A DNA stretch of 37,354 bases. Origin: a virus (taxonomy: Duplodnaviria; Caudoviricetes). Each line of letters begins with the position of its first letter. Within the stretch, counting starts at the first letter, position 1. Location of the stretch: the IMG/VR virus record IMGVR_UViG_3300027715_000019, positions 1-37,354 of that record. One strand, given 5' to 3'. Under the pieces are notes generated by a model. The model made no database searches. It worked only from the letters and a program-made list of their open reading frames with translations, and was not told the origin of the DNA. The position numbers and the translations under genes are program-made. Below are positions 1-9,849 of the stretch, piece by piece.

Positions 1-2170
1 GGTTGTCTGTGTCTTGCGCGGCGGTCAGGCCGATGACGGCGGCTGGCTCTACCGTCGCATTGTGCGTGAGCGTCGACTCGGAGCTGATATTGCCAGCCCG
101 ATCTATTGCGGCGACACGCCACACAACGGAGCCGCTTGCCGTGAGTGTAACAGATGCTTTATTTTCCGCGATGACCGTCTCGGGTGTTCCGCCAAGAACC
201 GGAGTTGCTGTCGCCCAGGACGTGCCGCCGCAGCGGAACAAATAGCCTCTGATGTCTGGTTCGTTGACCCTGTTCCAGGAGAAATTCAGAATAGCCTTGT
301 TTTGAGCGTCTGGGGCCACTGTCAGGCCTGTAACTGCCGCCGGAGGTGTGTCTTTCGTGCTGGTGGTATGCGTGGCCGTGGCCGCCGTTCCCGCGCCGCC
401 CGCGTTGTATCCTGTAATTCGGACAGTGTGAGCAACGCCAGGTTTCAAACCTGAAATCGAAAAACCTGTCGGGCTGGAGAGATTCACAAGTCGATAATCC
501 GCCGGGGCGGGCGTCAATCCTTCAGCATAGGCCACTTCGACGTATTGCGTCCGCGCCCCCGCCGTGAATGTGCCGGTGATTTGCGCCGCAAGCGTGCCAT
601 CTACCTGCACCCATGCAGTTGATGCAAGGACGATGTTTGTCGCCACCGCAGGAGGTATCGCCGTCGCTCCAGGTATTTCGGGCTCGGTATCGGGGTCCGA
701 GTAAGTTTCACCTGATCCGGCCGTGAAATAACTGTCAGAATATGATCGAACTTTGAAGATTGCTTTGAAATCGTCACAGACAAGAGATGTGATGCGGAAA
801 AGAGACGAGGGAATGCCGATGGCAGGCATGTCTATTGTGACAACCGAATTATCTTCAACACTGGTGAAATCTCGGGTTGATCCTTCGATTTTTGTTTCGC
901 CATATTTTTCAACATTCTTGTGATAATCGCGTATTACAGCCGCGCTTGCGTGATCTCGGCAAAGTAAAAGCTGGACTGTTTTTTCATTTCGGCCGATTTG
1001 CGTGATGCTGGCTGCGTCTTCGGTATACGTGCTACCGATCCATTTCCCATTCGACGGATCATATCGATACTGCACCATTATTTTGTTCTTGCGTTCGCTC
1101 AGATCGCCCTTTCCAATAACGGTTATATCGGCATTGTCGATCGTATAAGTTTTTACACTTGTCCCTATTTTATCGATCGAGAAATGCCACTTCCCCGCGA
1201 TGAACCGCAATCTGCCACGGCACATTAGCTCAATCTGATACGTCCAGAAGGCCGCCAGCTTGCGCTCGCTCAGGACGCCATCGAGCTTCAGTCCTGCCGC
1301 GTCGCAATCGATTATTGCCTGGGCAAACGATGCCGAGTCGAGATCTGCGGAGTCTACGCCGAGCCCCCAGCCGCCAGCGCCGGTATGGGCCGTCGTCAAG
1401 AGATATTGCATTACCCGAGCAGGGTTTCGGCATTGATCTTCGGTGAAACTGCCGAGCTTCATCCCGACGACTTTGACCACGATGTCGGGCCAGCGCCCAT
1501 TGTCGTCGCGAGGATCGGCGGCAAATTCTATGTATGCATATCCCGGCAGCGTCGGAGCTGTAGGAGAGCCAAGCGAAACAGTGAATCCGGTCGTAATGAC
1601 CGCCGTGTTCTTTGTAACCTCGGTATATCCCTGAAGTTCTCCGTTGCTGATCAGATACCGGAAATTGGCTCGTTCTGCGAGAATGGCTCTTATCGGGATC
1701 GGGTCCGCCGTTGTGCCACCGAACGGAATAGGAATAGCTTGCAATACAGAATCGCCGGAAGCATCAGGCCAGTCGGTGAGACGGATCACCTCATCGGGCA
1801 GATACCGCTTCAGGACCGGTAGACAGTCCTCGCTCACGGTCATGCTGAGAGTGCCTGTTTTTGGGTTCTGCATCCACGCACGCACTCGCGCCGCCCAGGT
1901 CTCTGATGCGCCCGTAACCGCCAGAAAAACAGAGGCGTTCCACAGATCGACCGGGCTCACAAGCGCCAGGCACGGTATCAACTGGTCAGAATTTCGCAGT
2001 TCGACAACAGTCTCTCGGATCTCGGTTCCCGCGTCGCTGTTCGCGCCCTTCCGTTTCCACGTCGGCTCAGATAGAAGCCGCCCGAGATATGTGTATCCGC
2101 CGCTCTCGATTGTTTCGCCCGCAAAGCGGTATGTCGAGCCGCCCGCGATGATTGTGACAAGCACGCTCAC
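1..2170 (-). CDS. Tail tip / host-specificity protein with fibronectin type III repeats (partial, runs off left edge)
   Basis: Not in the ORF track. Manual translation from GTG 2170 (GTGA overlap with upstream stop) is open to position 1 and includes NPARVMQYLLT, GLGVDSADLDSASF and FN3-like ISGLKPGVAHTVRITGYN, PPAAVTGLTV, WRVAAIDRAGNIS. Confidence 0.85.
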   Translation of the reverse strand, partial: MSVLVTIIAGGSTYRFAGETIESGGYTYLGRLLSEPTWKRKGANSDAGTEIRETVVELRNSDQLIPCLALVSPVDLWNASVFLAVTGASETWAARVRAWMQNPKTGTLSMTVSEDCLPVLKRYLPDEVIRLTDWPDASGDSVLQAIPIPFGGTTADPIPIRAILAERANFRYLISNGELQGYTEVTKNTAVITTGFTVSLGSPTAPTLPGYAYIEFAADPRDDNGRWPDIVVKVVGMKLGSFTEDQCRNPARVMQYLLTTAHTGAGGWGLGVDSADLDSASFAQAIIDCDAAGLKLDGVLSERKLAAFWTYQIELMCRGRLRFIAGKWHFSIDKIGTSVKTYTIDNADITVIGKGDLSERKNKIMVQYRYDPSNGKWIGSTYTEDAASITQIGRNEKTVQLLLCRDHASAAVIRDYHKNVEKYGETKIEGSTRDFTSVEDNSVVTIDMPAIGIPSSLFRITSLVCDDFKAIFKVRSYSDSYFTAGSGETYSDPDTEPEIPGATAIPPAVATNIVLASTAWVQVDGTLAAQITGTFTAGARTQYVEVAYAEGLTPAPADYRLVNLSSPTGFSISGLKPGVAHTVRITGYNAGGAGTAATATHTTSTKDTPPAAVTGLTVAPDAQNKAILNFSWNRVNEPDIRGYLFRCGGTSWATATPVLGGTPETVIAENKASVTLTASGSVVWRVAAIDRAGNISSESTLTHNATVEPAAVIGLTAAQDTDN

Positions 2171-2895
2171 GGCTTTTCCTCCAGCTGCACGCGGAGTTGA
2201 GCGTCAAGCAGATTCTTCATGGGCTGGGGCCATGATGACGGGGGCTGAACCAGCCAGGCCTCGCCGGCATCCCCGAGATCGGCCGCAAATACTGCGTTGT
2301 CCCAATTTTTCGGTATTGCCCGAACCGCTGCGCGCGTGTTGGCCATGGCGATCGTGAGGATGTGCCGAGCCCGTCCGACACGCTCCTGATGGACTCCACC
2401 GCCGGGATAATCGAAACGCCGCAGCTGCTGATACAGCTCCGGGGTAAACTCGCTGACGACGATATCTGTCGGGCTACCGAGGATCAGATTGCCGACCGCC
2501 GGTGTCGCCTCTGAATTATCCAAGGCCTGCGAAGCCGGAATCAGGAGTCGCACCCAGCGCCGACTCAAGGCGGTAAGAGTAAAATATCCTTTTCTGTTTC
2601 CGGCGTCATCGAGGATCAAATCAAGAGCGATATCCACGGGGGGAGTGGTCCAGCTGTCAGTATCCGCGCCTTGCAGGTGTGCATGCGGGAAATTACACTG
2701 ATTCAAATATAACCCGGTCAGCGAGACTGCCACGCCGAAATCTATCTTGATCCACACGTCGCCAGCGTATGCGTCCGCGTGCCAGCGCTGCATGGGGTCG
2801 ATTGTGGCAACATTCGTCACCGGGAAGTCTGATTCTGCTCCGCTGCTGGTGAGATTCGACAGAGCTTCGAAACCGGTGTCGGGAAGTATTTTCAT
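2167..2895 (-). CDS. Minor/distal tail protein with carbohydrate-binding-like N-terminal domain
   Basis: Lies between tape measure and tail tip; RWHAD...WIKIDFG...RWVRLLI resembles discoidin/F5-8-type folds. Confidence 0.65.
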   Translation of the reverse strand: MKILPDTGFEALSNLTSSGAESDFPVTNVATIDPMQRWHADAYAGDVWIKIDFGVAVSLTGLYLNQCNFPHAHLQGADTDSWTTPPVDIALDLILDDAGNRKGYFTLTALSRRWVRLLIPASQALDNSEATPAVGNLILGSPTDIVVSEFTPELYQQLRRFDYPGGGVHQERVGRARHILTIAMANTRAAVRAIPKNWDNAVFAADLGDAGEAWLVQPPSSWPQPMKNLLDAQLRVQLEEKP

Positions 2896-2902
2896 CGTCG
2901 CC

Positions 2903-5900
2903 TCACAGTCTCAGGGCCGGATTCGCCGAACCGCCGAACCGCTCGATAACCTGCTGGATGACTGCCGCGCCCTCGGAGTCGAGGCCGTCGCGGATCTGTT
3001 TCAGTCGATCTACGGTGTCGGGGCTGCCGGCATTGAGAATCATGATTGTTTGGCCGCCCTTCTCGCGGATCTCACCCAGGAACGTCAGCGCGTCGGATAT
3101 CTTGTCGTTCTTCAGCGCGTCCTGCTTGTCCTTAATGGCCTGCTTTTTTTGCAACTCCACATCCAAAGCTTTTTGTTTGTTCGCGTAGTATTCAGCCTCA
3201 GCCTGATGAAACTCCTGGAAAGCCTGCGCCCTCGCTTCCATGGATAATGTCAGGTCTTTGACTTTCGCTTCTGCGAGATCAGCTAATTTCTTAGCCGTTA
3301 CCATCTGCTCGTTAAGCTGCTCGGCACGGGCTGTTAAATAGTTTTCTTTTTGCGTCGGGTCAACGGACATTGCATACATGTCGTATGCGTTTGTGTATTG
3401 ATCTTTCAGACCTGCCATCATTGCACGCTGGTCAAGGTAGGTTGTGATATCAGCACCATACAGACTATTGCCGCCAACGGTTAACGCTGTTTTCGGGTCT
3501 GGCACGCGCGGATACTTGTAACGGTCGATTGCGTAATCGCCTAGCGTCTCGCCGTCGTCAAAAAATCCGGTCTGTGCAACAGTGTTGCTTGCAAATGGAT
3601 TTGACAGAGCAAAGCTGAACCAATCACCAGCGCGGGTAATAGCGTTATTTGCAAGCTGCGCTTTGAGCTGTTCAAGCTGCAACAATGCCTGTTTTCCTGT
3701 GTCCGTGTATACTTTCCCATTTACATCGGTTTGACGTTTCACAACCGCGTTTAAGTCTTCAATCGTCATTTCCAGCGCTTTGGTCGGGCTTGTTATCGCG
3801 GCAAATGACTTCTCATATTCACGCGCCGCAGCTTCCGCGCTGGCCTGAGCAACAAGCTTGCCATATTCCGCAAGGCTTGCTTGTGCTGCCGATGCATCTA
3901 AAGCATAGGTCGTTGTTTTCTTCGACGTGATGCCATTGCCCGATTTATCCCATGTATAGCCAGCATTATAAAACATCAGGTTTTGCAGCTTTTCAAACGT
4001 TGCGTCAGATATGCCGATCTGACCCGCAACTATGTTTTTCTGGTCGGATGCCTGCTTGACCTGCGTATTGATGTCGGCTGCCTGATTGATTGCCTCTTGC
4101 CCGTGAATAACGCTGCCGCCAAACAGGCCGCCATCGCCAAACAAACGACTCGTCACAAGCCCAAGGGCTAAGTTTGTGCCCAGCATCTGCGTCAAATTGC
4201 CCGTTTGCAGCTTGCCATCACGCCAGATATTGCCGCCATTGGTCAGGCCAGACAGCAACCCGCCGCCGCCTGTGCTGCTTGTTGCGCCGTTAATCCCAGA
4301 TTTTGCGCTGGACGACCCGCCGAAAAAGGCAATGGTCATTGCATCGGATATGTTTTGATAAACAATCCGCTTAAAACCCTTTTCCAAGGCGGAAAAGAAG
4401 TTGCCTTCTTCCAAGCCTTGTACCATGGCATCGTTGAATACGCGTGCAAGGGGCTTTTCCAGCACTGCGCGCAAAGCGTCTTCTGCCTGTCCTTTGTCGC
4501 TGGGTTTTGACAAGGCATTCCAGAACGTTTTAGCGAAATTCTCGATTCCACCGAACATTGATTCGGCGCTTGATGTTTTGCTGTTCTGCCAGAGCCCGGT
4601 TGCCATGTCATACAGCGTGCCGGAATACCGCTCGCCAAGAACATCGCCCTTGATCCAGCCTTGGGCGGCTGCCACCGTCCCTTGTGCTCCACCTGATATC
4701 CAGGCGCCGGCTTTCTGAAGATTTCCGGAAAGCATGCCAGCGGCCTGGGCCAGATCGATCAACATTCCGCGGACCGGTTCAAGGCGGGACATTCCCAGCG
4801 CGTCGATGAATGACTCCGCCTGACGGGCCAGATCCGCGAACGTCATGCCCATCTGTTCGAGGTCGTCTACAGATGCATATTTCTGCATCTCCTCGAAGGC
4901 GTCGTGCATGGCTTTTGATAACGCTACGTGGTTGGCCGATAAATCTTTTACGGCTTTTGCGTGGTCTTTCGCACCCTTACCTGCCTTTTCGTGGGCTTTG
5001 GCAAGGGCTGCAATGCGTTCGTCCCCTTCCTGCCACAGGTCAGCGTTTCGCAGGCCGTCTTCCAGTTCTTTGTTTGCTTTCAAAGCCTGTTGCAGCATTT
5101 TGACTTCCGCTGACAACGTGTCCATGTTGGCAAGGCGCGTTTCTTCACTGACACCGGGGATGCCGGGCCGGGACAACGATTGCAACGACTCTTGCGCCAT
5201 TTCCAGCTTGCTACGGGTGTCGTCGCTGGAAAGACCCATATACGGATTTTGTTTGTCCAGTATGCCACGTGCGCGTAAGTATGCAGCCAGTTTTTCTGTC
5301 AATTCCGTCAGCTTGTCGATTGCGGGCTGTAAGGCTGGCGCAAGGCTTGCCACGCCGTCTTTCAGGTTCGTGACCGACGTTTCAAACCTGTTAAAACTAT
5401 CAGCTGCGCTTAAACTTGCCGTGCCAGCGTCCCCGCCTGTGCTGCCAAACTGAGTTAATACGTCGTTAAGTATGCTTGTGCGCCGTTCCAATAAATCAGC
5501 CGCGTCTTTTGCGCGCCCGAACGATTCCGGCAACAGGCCAAGGCTAATTAATGACTTTGAGTTGCCGCTTGTTATTGCTTCGGTGATGGTTTTAAAATTG
5601 TCCGATACGCTGCCGCCGAATTCATCTGATTTTGCTTCGGCAATCTGCCATAGTGCCGCAATTTCGCCCGTGTCGCGGCTTACCCCTTGCTTCATCGCGG
5701 CGTAGGTGCGGGTAACAAGTTCGGCGTCTGACACCTGCCCGCTTACAGCTTTGCGCGACGCTACCAGCACAGCATCGATGCTGACACCTACCGCCGTCGC
5801 GTAATTGCGCCAGCCTTCTTTGGCCTCTTGCAGGTCAGCGCCTTCTTTTGCAACGGCGTAGACAGACTTGATAACCGTTGTTGCCTTGCTTAGTATTTCG

Positions 5901-6073
5901 AGACCCTGATTAATGCCGGTTGTGTATTCCTTCCACGTTTCCCCGGCTTTCTTTTGTTCGGCGGCTGTGTTCTTCGTTTCCGTGCCAAGCTTCTTAACGG
6001 TGTCGGTAACGCGCTGGATGACGACGGCAGAATTGGCATCAGTGGTTGATATGGTGATCTGAATATCGCTCAT
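2903..6073 (-). CDS. Tail tape measure protein
   Basis: About 1056 aa, Ala/Gly-rich and helical, directly after the tail chaperones; start trimmed to ATG 6073 (MSDIQITIS, ATGA overlap). Confidence 0.9.
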   Translation of the reverse strand: MSDIQITISTTDANSAVVIQRVTDTVKKLGTETKNTAAEQKKAGETWKEYTTGINQGLEILSKATTVIKSVYAVAKEGADLQEAKEGWRNYATAVGVSIDAVLVASRKAVSGQVSDAELVTRTYAAMKQGVSRDTGEIAALWQIAEAKSDEFGGSVSDNFKTITEAITSGNSKSLISLGLLPESFGRAKDAADLLERRTSILNDVLTQFGSTGGDAGTASLSAADSFNRFETSVTNLKDGVASLAPALQPAIDKLTELTEKLAAYLRARGILDKQNPYMGLSSDDTRSKLEMAQESLQSLSRPGIPGVSEETRLANMDTLSAEVKMLQQALKANKELEDGLRNADLWQEGDERIAALAKAHEKAGKGAKDHAKAVKDLSANHVALSKAMHDAFEEMQKYASVDDLEQMGMTFADLARQAESFIDALGMSRLEPVRGMLIDLAQAAGMLSGNLQKAGAWISGGAQGTVAAAQGWIKGDVLGERYSGTLYDMATGLWQNSKTSSAESMFGGIENFAKTFWNALSKPSDKGQAEDALRAVLEKPLARVFNDAMVQGLEEGNFFSALEKGFKRIVYQNISDAMTIAFFGGSSSAKSGINGATSSTGGGGLLSGLTNGGNIWRDGKLQTGNLTQMLGTNLALGLVTSRLFGDGGLFGGSVIHGQEAINQAADINTQVKQASDQKNIVAGQIGISDATFEKLQNLMFYNAGYTWDKSGNGITSKKTTTYALDASAAQASLAEYGKLVAQASAEAAAREYEKSFAAITSPTKALEMTIEDLNAVVKRQTDVNGKVYTDTGKQALLQLEQLKAQLANNAITRAGDWFSFALSNPFASNTVAQTGFFDDGETLGDYAIDRYKYPRVPDPKTALTVGGNSLYGADITTYLDQRAMMAGLKDQYTNAYDMYAMSVDPTQKENYLTARAEQLNEQMVTAKKLADLAEAKVKDLTLSMEARAQAFQEFHQAEAEYYANKQKALDVELQKKQAIKDKQDALKNDKISDALTFLGEIREKGGQTIMILNAGSPDTVDRLKQIRDGLDSEGAAVIQQVIERFGGSANPALRL

Positions 6074-6387
6074 TCCCACGTCTCCATTTCTGCGCGTAAT
6101 GACTGTTGCCCTGCTGGCGTGTTGAGATCGAAGGTCTTCCAGGATGACTGCGATGTCGTCGCTTTGGGGCAAAACATCGCGGCCACTATCGCATCTACAG
6201 GGGGCGTTTCAATCAGGTCATCGAGGGCCGCCAAAAAGTCTTTGTATTCCCAATCGCGCACCTGATCCGGGGAGGCTCCCCACGCGCGAGAAACACGCAT
6301 GAGGAGCCGCTGCCGTTCGCGGCGCCGATCACTGGCTGTTATCGGCCGGTGAGATTCGCCGCTTTCTGCACCGGCTTTAACAAAGGG
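6070..6387 (-). CDS. Tail assembly chaperone T portion (C-terminus of GT frameshift product)
   Basis: The frame of ORF 6070..6300 stays open upstream through the slippery heptamer at 6387 and is the -1 frame of the G gene. Confidence 0.75.
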   Translation of the reverse strand, partial: PFVKAGAESGESHRPITASDRRRERQRLLMRVSRAWGASPDQVRDWEYKDFLAALDDLIETPPVDAIVAAMFCPKATTSQSSWKTFDLNTPAGQQSLRAEMETWE

Positions 6388-6782
6388 CTCTGCTCCATCG
6401 AGGGGCTGAATACCTTCCGCTGCAGCCAGACCTCAGCGAGTAGATAAATCTGGTCGAGATCAAGTTTTTCTTCGATATCGGACTTGGTATATTTCAGCTC
6501 GGTTTTCGGATTCAGCGCGATCAGCGCCACATCCATCGACGACACGCGTACCGATTGAAGGTTTTCCTTCATGGTTGGCCGCTTTGCAAGGTGATCGCCG
6601 GCCGGTTTCTCGGCGTCTTTGCTTGTTTCCGTCTCGGCTTGCTTGGACTCGATCAGCTCGATATACCGCTCATGCTGTATCTCTGTGTAATGCAGCTGCA
6701 CTCGATCGGAGCCAAGCTGGACGAAAATCCGGTTCTTCCCTTCGTCAACCAGCCAATCCGGGGAGGTTTCTTTCTCTGACAT
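6339..6782 (-). CDS. Tail assembly chaperone G
   Basis: Between tail tube and tape measure; AAGGAG upstream; C CCT TTG heptamer near the 3' end. Confidence 0.8.
   Translation of the reverse strand: MSEKETSPDWLVDEGKNRIFVQLGSDRVQLHYTEIQHERYIELIESKQAETETSKDAEKPAGDHLAKRPTMKENLQSVRVSSMDVALIALNPKTELKYTKSDIEEKLDLDQIYLLAEVWLQRKVFSPSMEQSPLLKPVQKAANLTGR
6381..6387 (-). other. -1 programmed ribosomal frameshift site CCCTTTG
   Basis: X XXY YYZ heptamer in register (AGC CCT TTG to CCC TTT GTT) at the canonical G/GT position. Confidence 0.75.
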
Positions 6783-6850
6783 GATTTCTGTGTCTCCTTA
6801 TCAGGTTCTCTCTGCGGCAATGCGCCCGGGGATTGCCCGGGCTGTCTCGA

Positions 6851-7789
6851 TCAGGTGAATGTGATGACCAGGTTGTCGTCTCCGGCATCTTTGCGACACT
6901 GGCCTGACAGATTGAACAGGTTGATACCGCTTTCGCGCTGGATGCCGACGTTGTTGATCTTGCATTTGACTGCTTCGATCTTGACGATGTTGCCTGCGGT
7001 ACTGCCGATAGTCGTCGTTATTTTTTCCTTTGTTCCTGCAAGCATGTTCGCAAGGAATGGCTTCGTGGCTTCGAGTTCGGCCTCGACGAGAGTCTGGAAA
7101 GTGACGTTGCGCCCACCGATGAACATGCCCTTAACCCCGTCGACGGAATTGCAGTCCTTCCGCTCACCGATCGTGTTTCCGCTCGAGAAGGAAATAGACC
7201 GATATACACCGGCCGACCACGAAGCAATCGTGATGCCTGCGCTCTGCACAATCGGAGCCACGGTGGTCTCAAACACCGGTGAGGCCGGTACCGTTGCATC
7301 GGCCTGTGATGAGAATTTGCCCTGGAACGTGAGCGTAACAAGCCCCTGCTGACCAGCGTTCAATGCCTTGTTGATGTTACCCATGCAGCCAACTATCTTG
7401 ATCAGGCGGCCGGCGTCCCAAATATAGGCTGTGCCAGTCTTGTGATCGGCTTCGGCGCTGGAGCAGTTGTATGCAACACTGGTAAGGGCAACGATTGTTT
7501 CCTTGTAAGCACACGCCTGGAGCATAGCCCCGAGTTGCGGAGCAGTGCCGACAGTGCCAGAGCCCTTCAAGGAACATTTAACAGTGAATGTGACGAGTTT
7601 CCGGCCAAGCACGACCTCGGGATCGTCGAGGTAGCGGTTGATTTCGACCTGCTGAAGAGTTTCAGGGTCAAGATTCCATTCAATCGAGGCGCAGTTGACC
7701 GCGTTCGCTGATTCGGTCGGGACGGCGTCAGTGCCTGGCGTAGTTTCAATTTTGAAGGCAAGAAGCTGATTTCGTTCAAGAGATGGCAT
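6851..7789 (-). CDS. Major tail tube protein
   Basis: 312 aa, beta-rich, starts LLAFKIETTPGTDAVPT; GGAGG RBS; precedes the chaperones. Confidence 0.82.
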   Translation of the reverse strand: MPSLERNQLLAFKIETTPGTDAVPTESANAVNCASIEWNLDPETLQQVEINRYLDDPEVVLGRKLVTFTVKCSLKGSGTVGTAPQLGAMLQACAYKETIVALTSVAYNCSSAEADHKTGTAYIWDAGRLIKIVGCMGNINKALNAGQQGLVTLTFQGKFSSQADATVPASPVFETTVAPIVQSAGITIASWSAGVYRSISFSSGNTIGERKDCNSVDGVKGMFIGGRNVTFQTLVEAELEATKPFLANMLAGTKEKITTTIGSTAGNIVKIEAVKCKINNVGIQRESGINLFNLSGQCRKDAGDDNLVITFT

Positions 7790-7804
7790 GTTTTCCTCCG
7801 TTTA

Positions 7805-8278
7805 TCAGGGTCTGATTGAACAGATCACGGTTTCCGTCCAGCGCGAAATGAAAAAAGGGGGGGTGATTTCGTCACCTTCGTCGGTGTTGTTGCCTTGGGT
7901 TGTCGGGATGTTGATGCCGTTCAGTGCCGCGATTATCACGCCGTCCACGAGATTTGCGAATGCGTCGAGTTTGGATAACGCACCATATACTTTCGAATTC
8001 GTCTTCGTTCCCGTCGCCGGGGCGGTCGTGTCATGCAATGCACACCGAATTTTGATCGTGTGATACCTGGCGTCCTGATGCGGAGCCCGGATCCTGCCGC
8101 CTGTGAGAACGGCAACCATAGGACACGAGACCTTGAATTCCGGCTGTTCGAGCGGATCGACGCCGATGAAGATCGACGGAACCTTCGAATAGTTCGTCGT
8201 GCACCAGGTCGAAAGAGTCGTGCTGTTGGCCAGAGCCGCCTCAATGGCTGTCAGAATGTTCGTGATCGTTTGCGCCAT
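7805..8278 (-). CDS. Tail terminator-like protein
   Basis: Position immediately upstream of tail tube; 157 aa. Confidence 0.55.
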   Translation of the reverse strand: MAQTITNILTAIEAALANSTTLSTWCTTNYSKVPSIFIGVDPLEQPEFKVSCPMVAVLTGGRIRAPHQDARYHTIKIRCALHDTTAPATGTKTNSKVYGALSKLDAFANLVDGVIIAALNGINIPTTQGNNTDEGDEITPPFFISRWTETVICSIRP

Positions 8279-8281
8279 GGC

Positions 8282-8983
8282 TCAACCCTCCAATACCGGG
8301 GCTTCCTGCCCCTTGCCGTAGGACTTGAGCCGTTCCGTAAGCTTTTCCTTGAACCACGCCGGGATTTGATCTCGAACGCGCTCAAACACGGGAATGACGA
8401 GAGGACGCCCCGGAATTTTCATGGTCGAACCGATCCGGCGATAGAAGCCAAGGCCGGCGAGGAATCGCTGCATGTCCCGGGTAACGGTGATCTGAGAGCC
8501 CTCAGTGAGTTTGAGAGCGATATTCACGATTCCTTGGCCAATGGTGTTTTTGCCGCCGCTTGCTTTCTTGCCGAGCGTTCCCGCCATGAAGCCGAAATCC
8601 ATGAAGCCCTGGTCTTTGGCAACACGATAGGAAGCGAGGCCTCCGAGTTGGCCCCACATCTTGCCGGAATTCGGATTCGTGGCGCGGCGGTATCGGAGAA
8701 ATCCCGCTTCCTTGACCTTGACGCCGGCATTTTTCCAGGCATTGCGGACGCTCCGACTGACCGGTGAATAATTCGGATCCGGCCGTGCCGTGCGAAGAAT
8801 CTGCGTCGGATAGGACAAGCGTGGCCAGCCGAGCGAATTGCCCTGGATGGCCGTTTTCGCCTCCTGCTTGAGCCGATACCCGATCGAAGCCAGGGCGGAG
8901 TTCGTGGCGCGCCGGAGCTGCCCAGGAACCTGGGAAAGTCTTTGGACCGTGAAATCCAGTCCTTCTATGCCGACTCTCAGCAT
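8282..8983 (-). CDS. Tail completion / neck protein (gpZ or HK97 gp10-like)
   Basis: Basic protein ending IPGRPLVIPVFE, between head-closure and terminator genes. Confidence 0.6.
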   Translation of the reverse strand: MLRVGIEGLDFTVQRLSQVPGQLRRATNSALASIGYRLKQEAKTAIQGNSLGWPRLSYPTQILRTARPDPNYSPVSRSVRNAWKNAGVKVKEAGFLRYRRATNPNSGKMWGQLGGLASYRVAKDQGFMDFGFMAGTLGKKASGGKNTIGQGIVNIALKLTEGSQITVTRDMQRFLAGLGFYRRIGSTMKIPGRPLVIPVFERVRDQIPAWFKEKLTERLKSYGKGQEAPVLEG

Positions 8984-9309
8984 TCGAGCCGCTCCTTGCT
9001 TGCCACGAGTAAAATCGCCGTGTTGATGTCGCGAGAGATCTCATCTACGACTGTCCAGACCTTGGTTCCAATGGTGAAAGTGTCGTGCTGCTTGGGATTC
9101 GTGATGACTGCCAGTTGCACGCTGATCCTGGCCACGGCTGCCGGGTTTATGCCCATGACGTTATCCTGCATGCCGGCGCCTTCCTCGATCAGGACTGTCG
9201 TTGTTATGGCTGAACCACTGACCGGGGTGTAAGTGGCCGACCGACCGAATTCGTTCGAGTTGAAGAAAACGGCCAGGTCAGCTGCTAATTGTTCCTGGAA
9301 GGTGGTCAT
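8977..9309 (-). CDS. Head-closure / head-tail joining protein (gpFII-like)
   Basis: MTTFQEQLAADLAVFFNSNEFG...PKQHDTFTIG pattern, size and position. Confidence 0.7.
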   Translation of the reverse strand: MTTFQEQLAADLAVFFNSNEFGRSATYTPVSGSAITTTVLIEEGAGMQDNVMGINPAAVARISVQLAVITNPKQHDTFTIGTKVWTVVDEISRDINTAILLVASKERLEC

Positions 9310-9399
9310 CGTTGCGGTTCATGTCGGCTGCTCATCAGGCCCGGCTCGCCACCGCCGGACGACACCCCCGAAGATCCGGGGCGTTTCGCAGAGGGAAGG

Positions 9400-9783
9400 T
9401 CAGCGGAATCTCACGTAAACGGTGCCGGTCGCGTCGCTGCCACGGCTACGAAAATACGTGGACGGCGTCGGCGTAATGAACTTGTCCAGGACGAGTGGTT
9501 CAATATTCGTTCCGCTTGCCCAGTTCATTTCGTAGGTATTCGTGCTTACACCGCTGCCGCCGTAGTTGAATTTGTAATCGCTGTACAGCCAAGCTTCATG
9601 GCATCCGCTCGGAAGCGTCGGAAGGATCGTGGCCGTTGCGCTCGAGATTGCAAATGAGGTTTCGCCCTGAAAGCCGGTGTTGCTACCGAGAGTTTCCGAA
9701 TACGGCGAACCGGCCTGAATGGCGCTGCTGAGGAACGCGATAAACGTGATGAGCATGAGAAGTGTCAAGAACTTGCGGATCAT
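9400..9783 (-). CDS. Hypothetical protein with Sec signal peptide
   Basis: MIRK, hydrophobic core, AIQA cleavage-like site; AAGGAG RBS; Ser/Thr/Gly-rich beta-type mature part. Confidence 0.7.
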   Translation of the reverse strand: MIRKFLTLLMLITFIAFLSSAIQAGSPYSETLGSNTGFQGETSFAISSATATILPTLPSGCHEAWLYSDYKFNYGGSGVSTNTYEMNWASGTNIEPLVLDKFITPTPSTYFRSRGSDATGTVYVRFR

Positions 9784-9810
9784 GATTTTCTCCTTGTTTT
9801 CAGCGATCAG

Positions 9811-9830
9811 GCGGGGGCCGAAGCCCCCGC
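9811..9830 (-). other. cUUCGg hairpin downstream of the capsid gene
   Basis: GCGGGGGC-TTCG-GCCCCCGC, no U-tract, so more likely an mRNA stabiliser than a terminator. Confidence 0.6.
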
Positions 9831-9849
9831 GGCGATGGCGTTATGCTGG

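Noticed and set aside
6824-6842. Hairpin GCCCGGG-5 nt-CCCGGGC after the tail tube gene as a terminator
   Set aside because: No U-tract on the minus strand; likely an ordinary mRNA stabiliser
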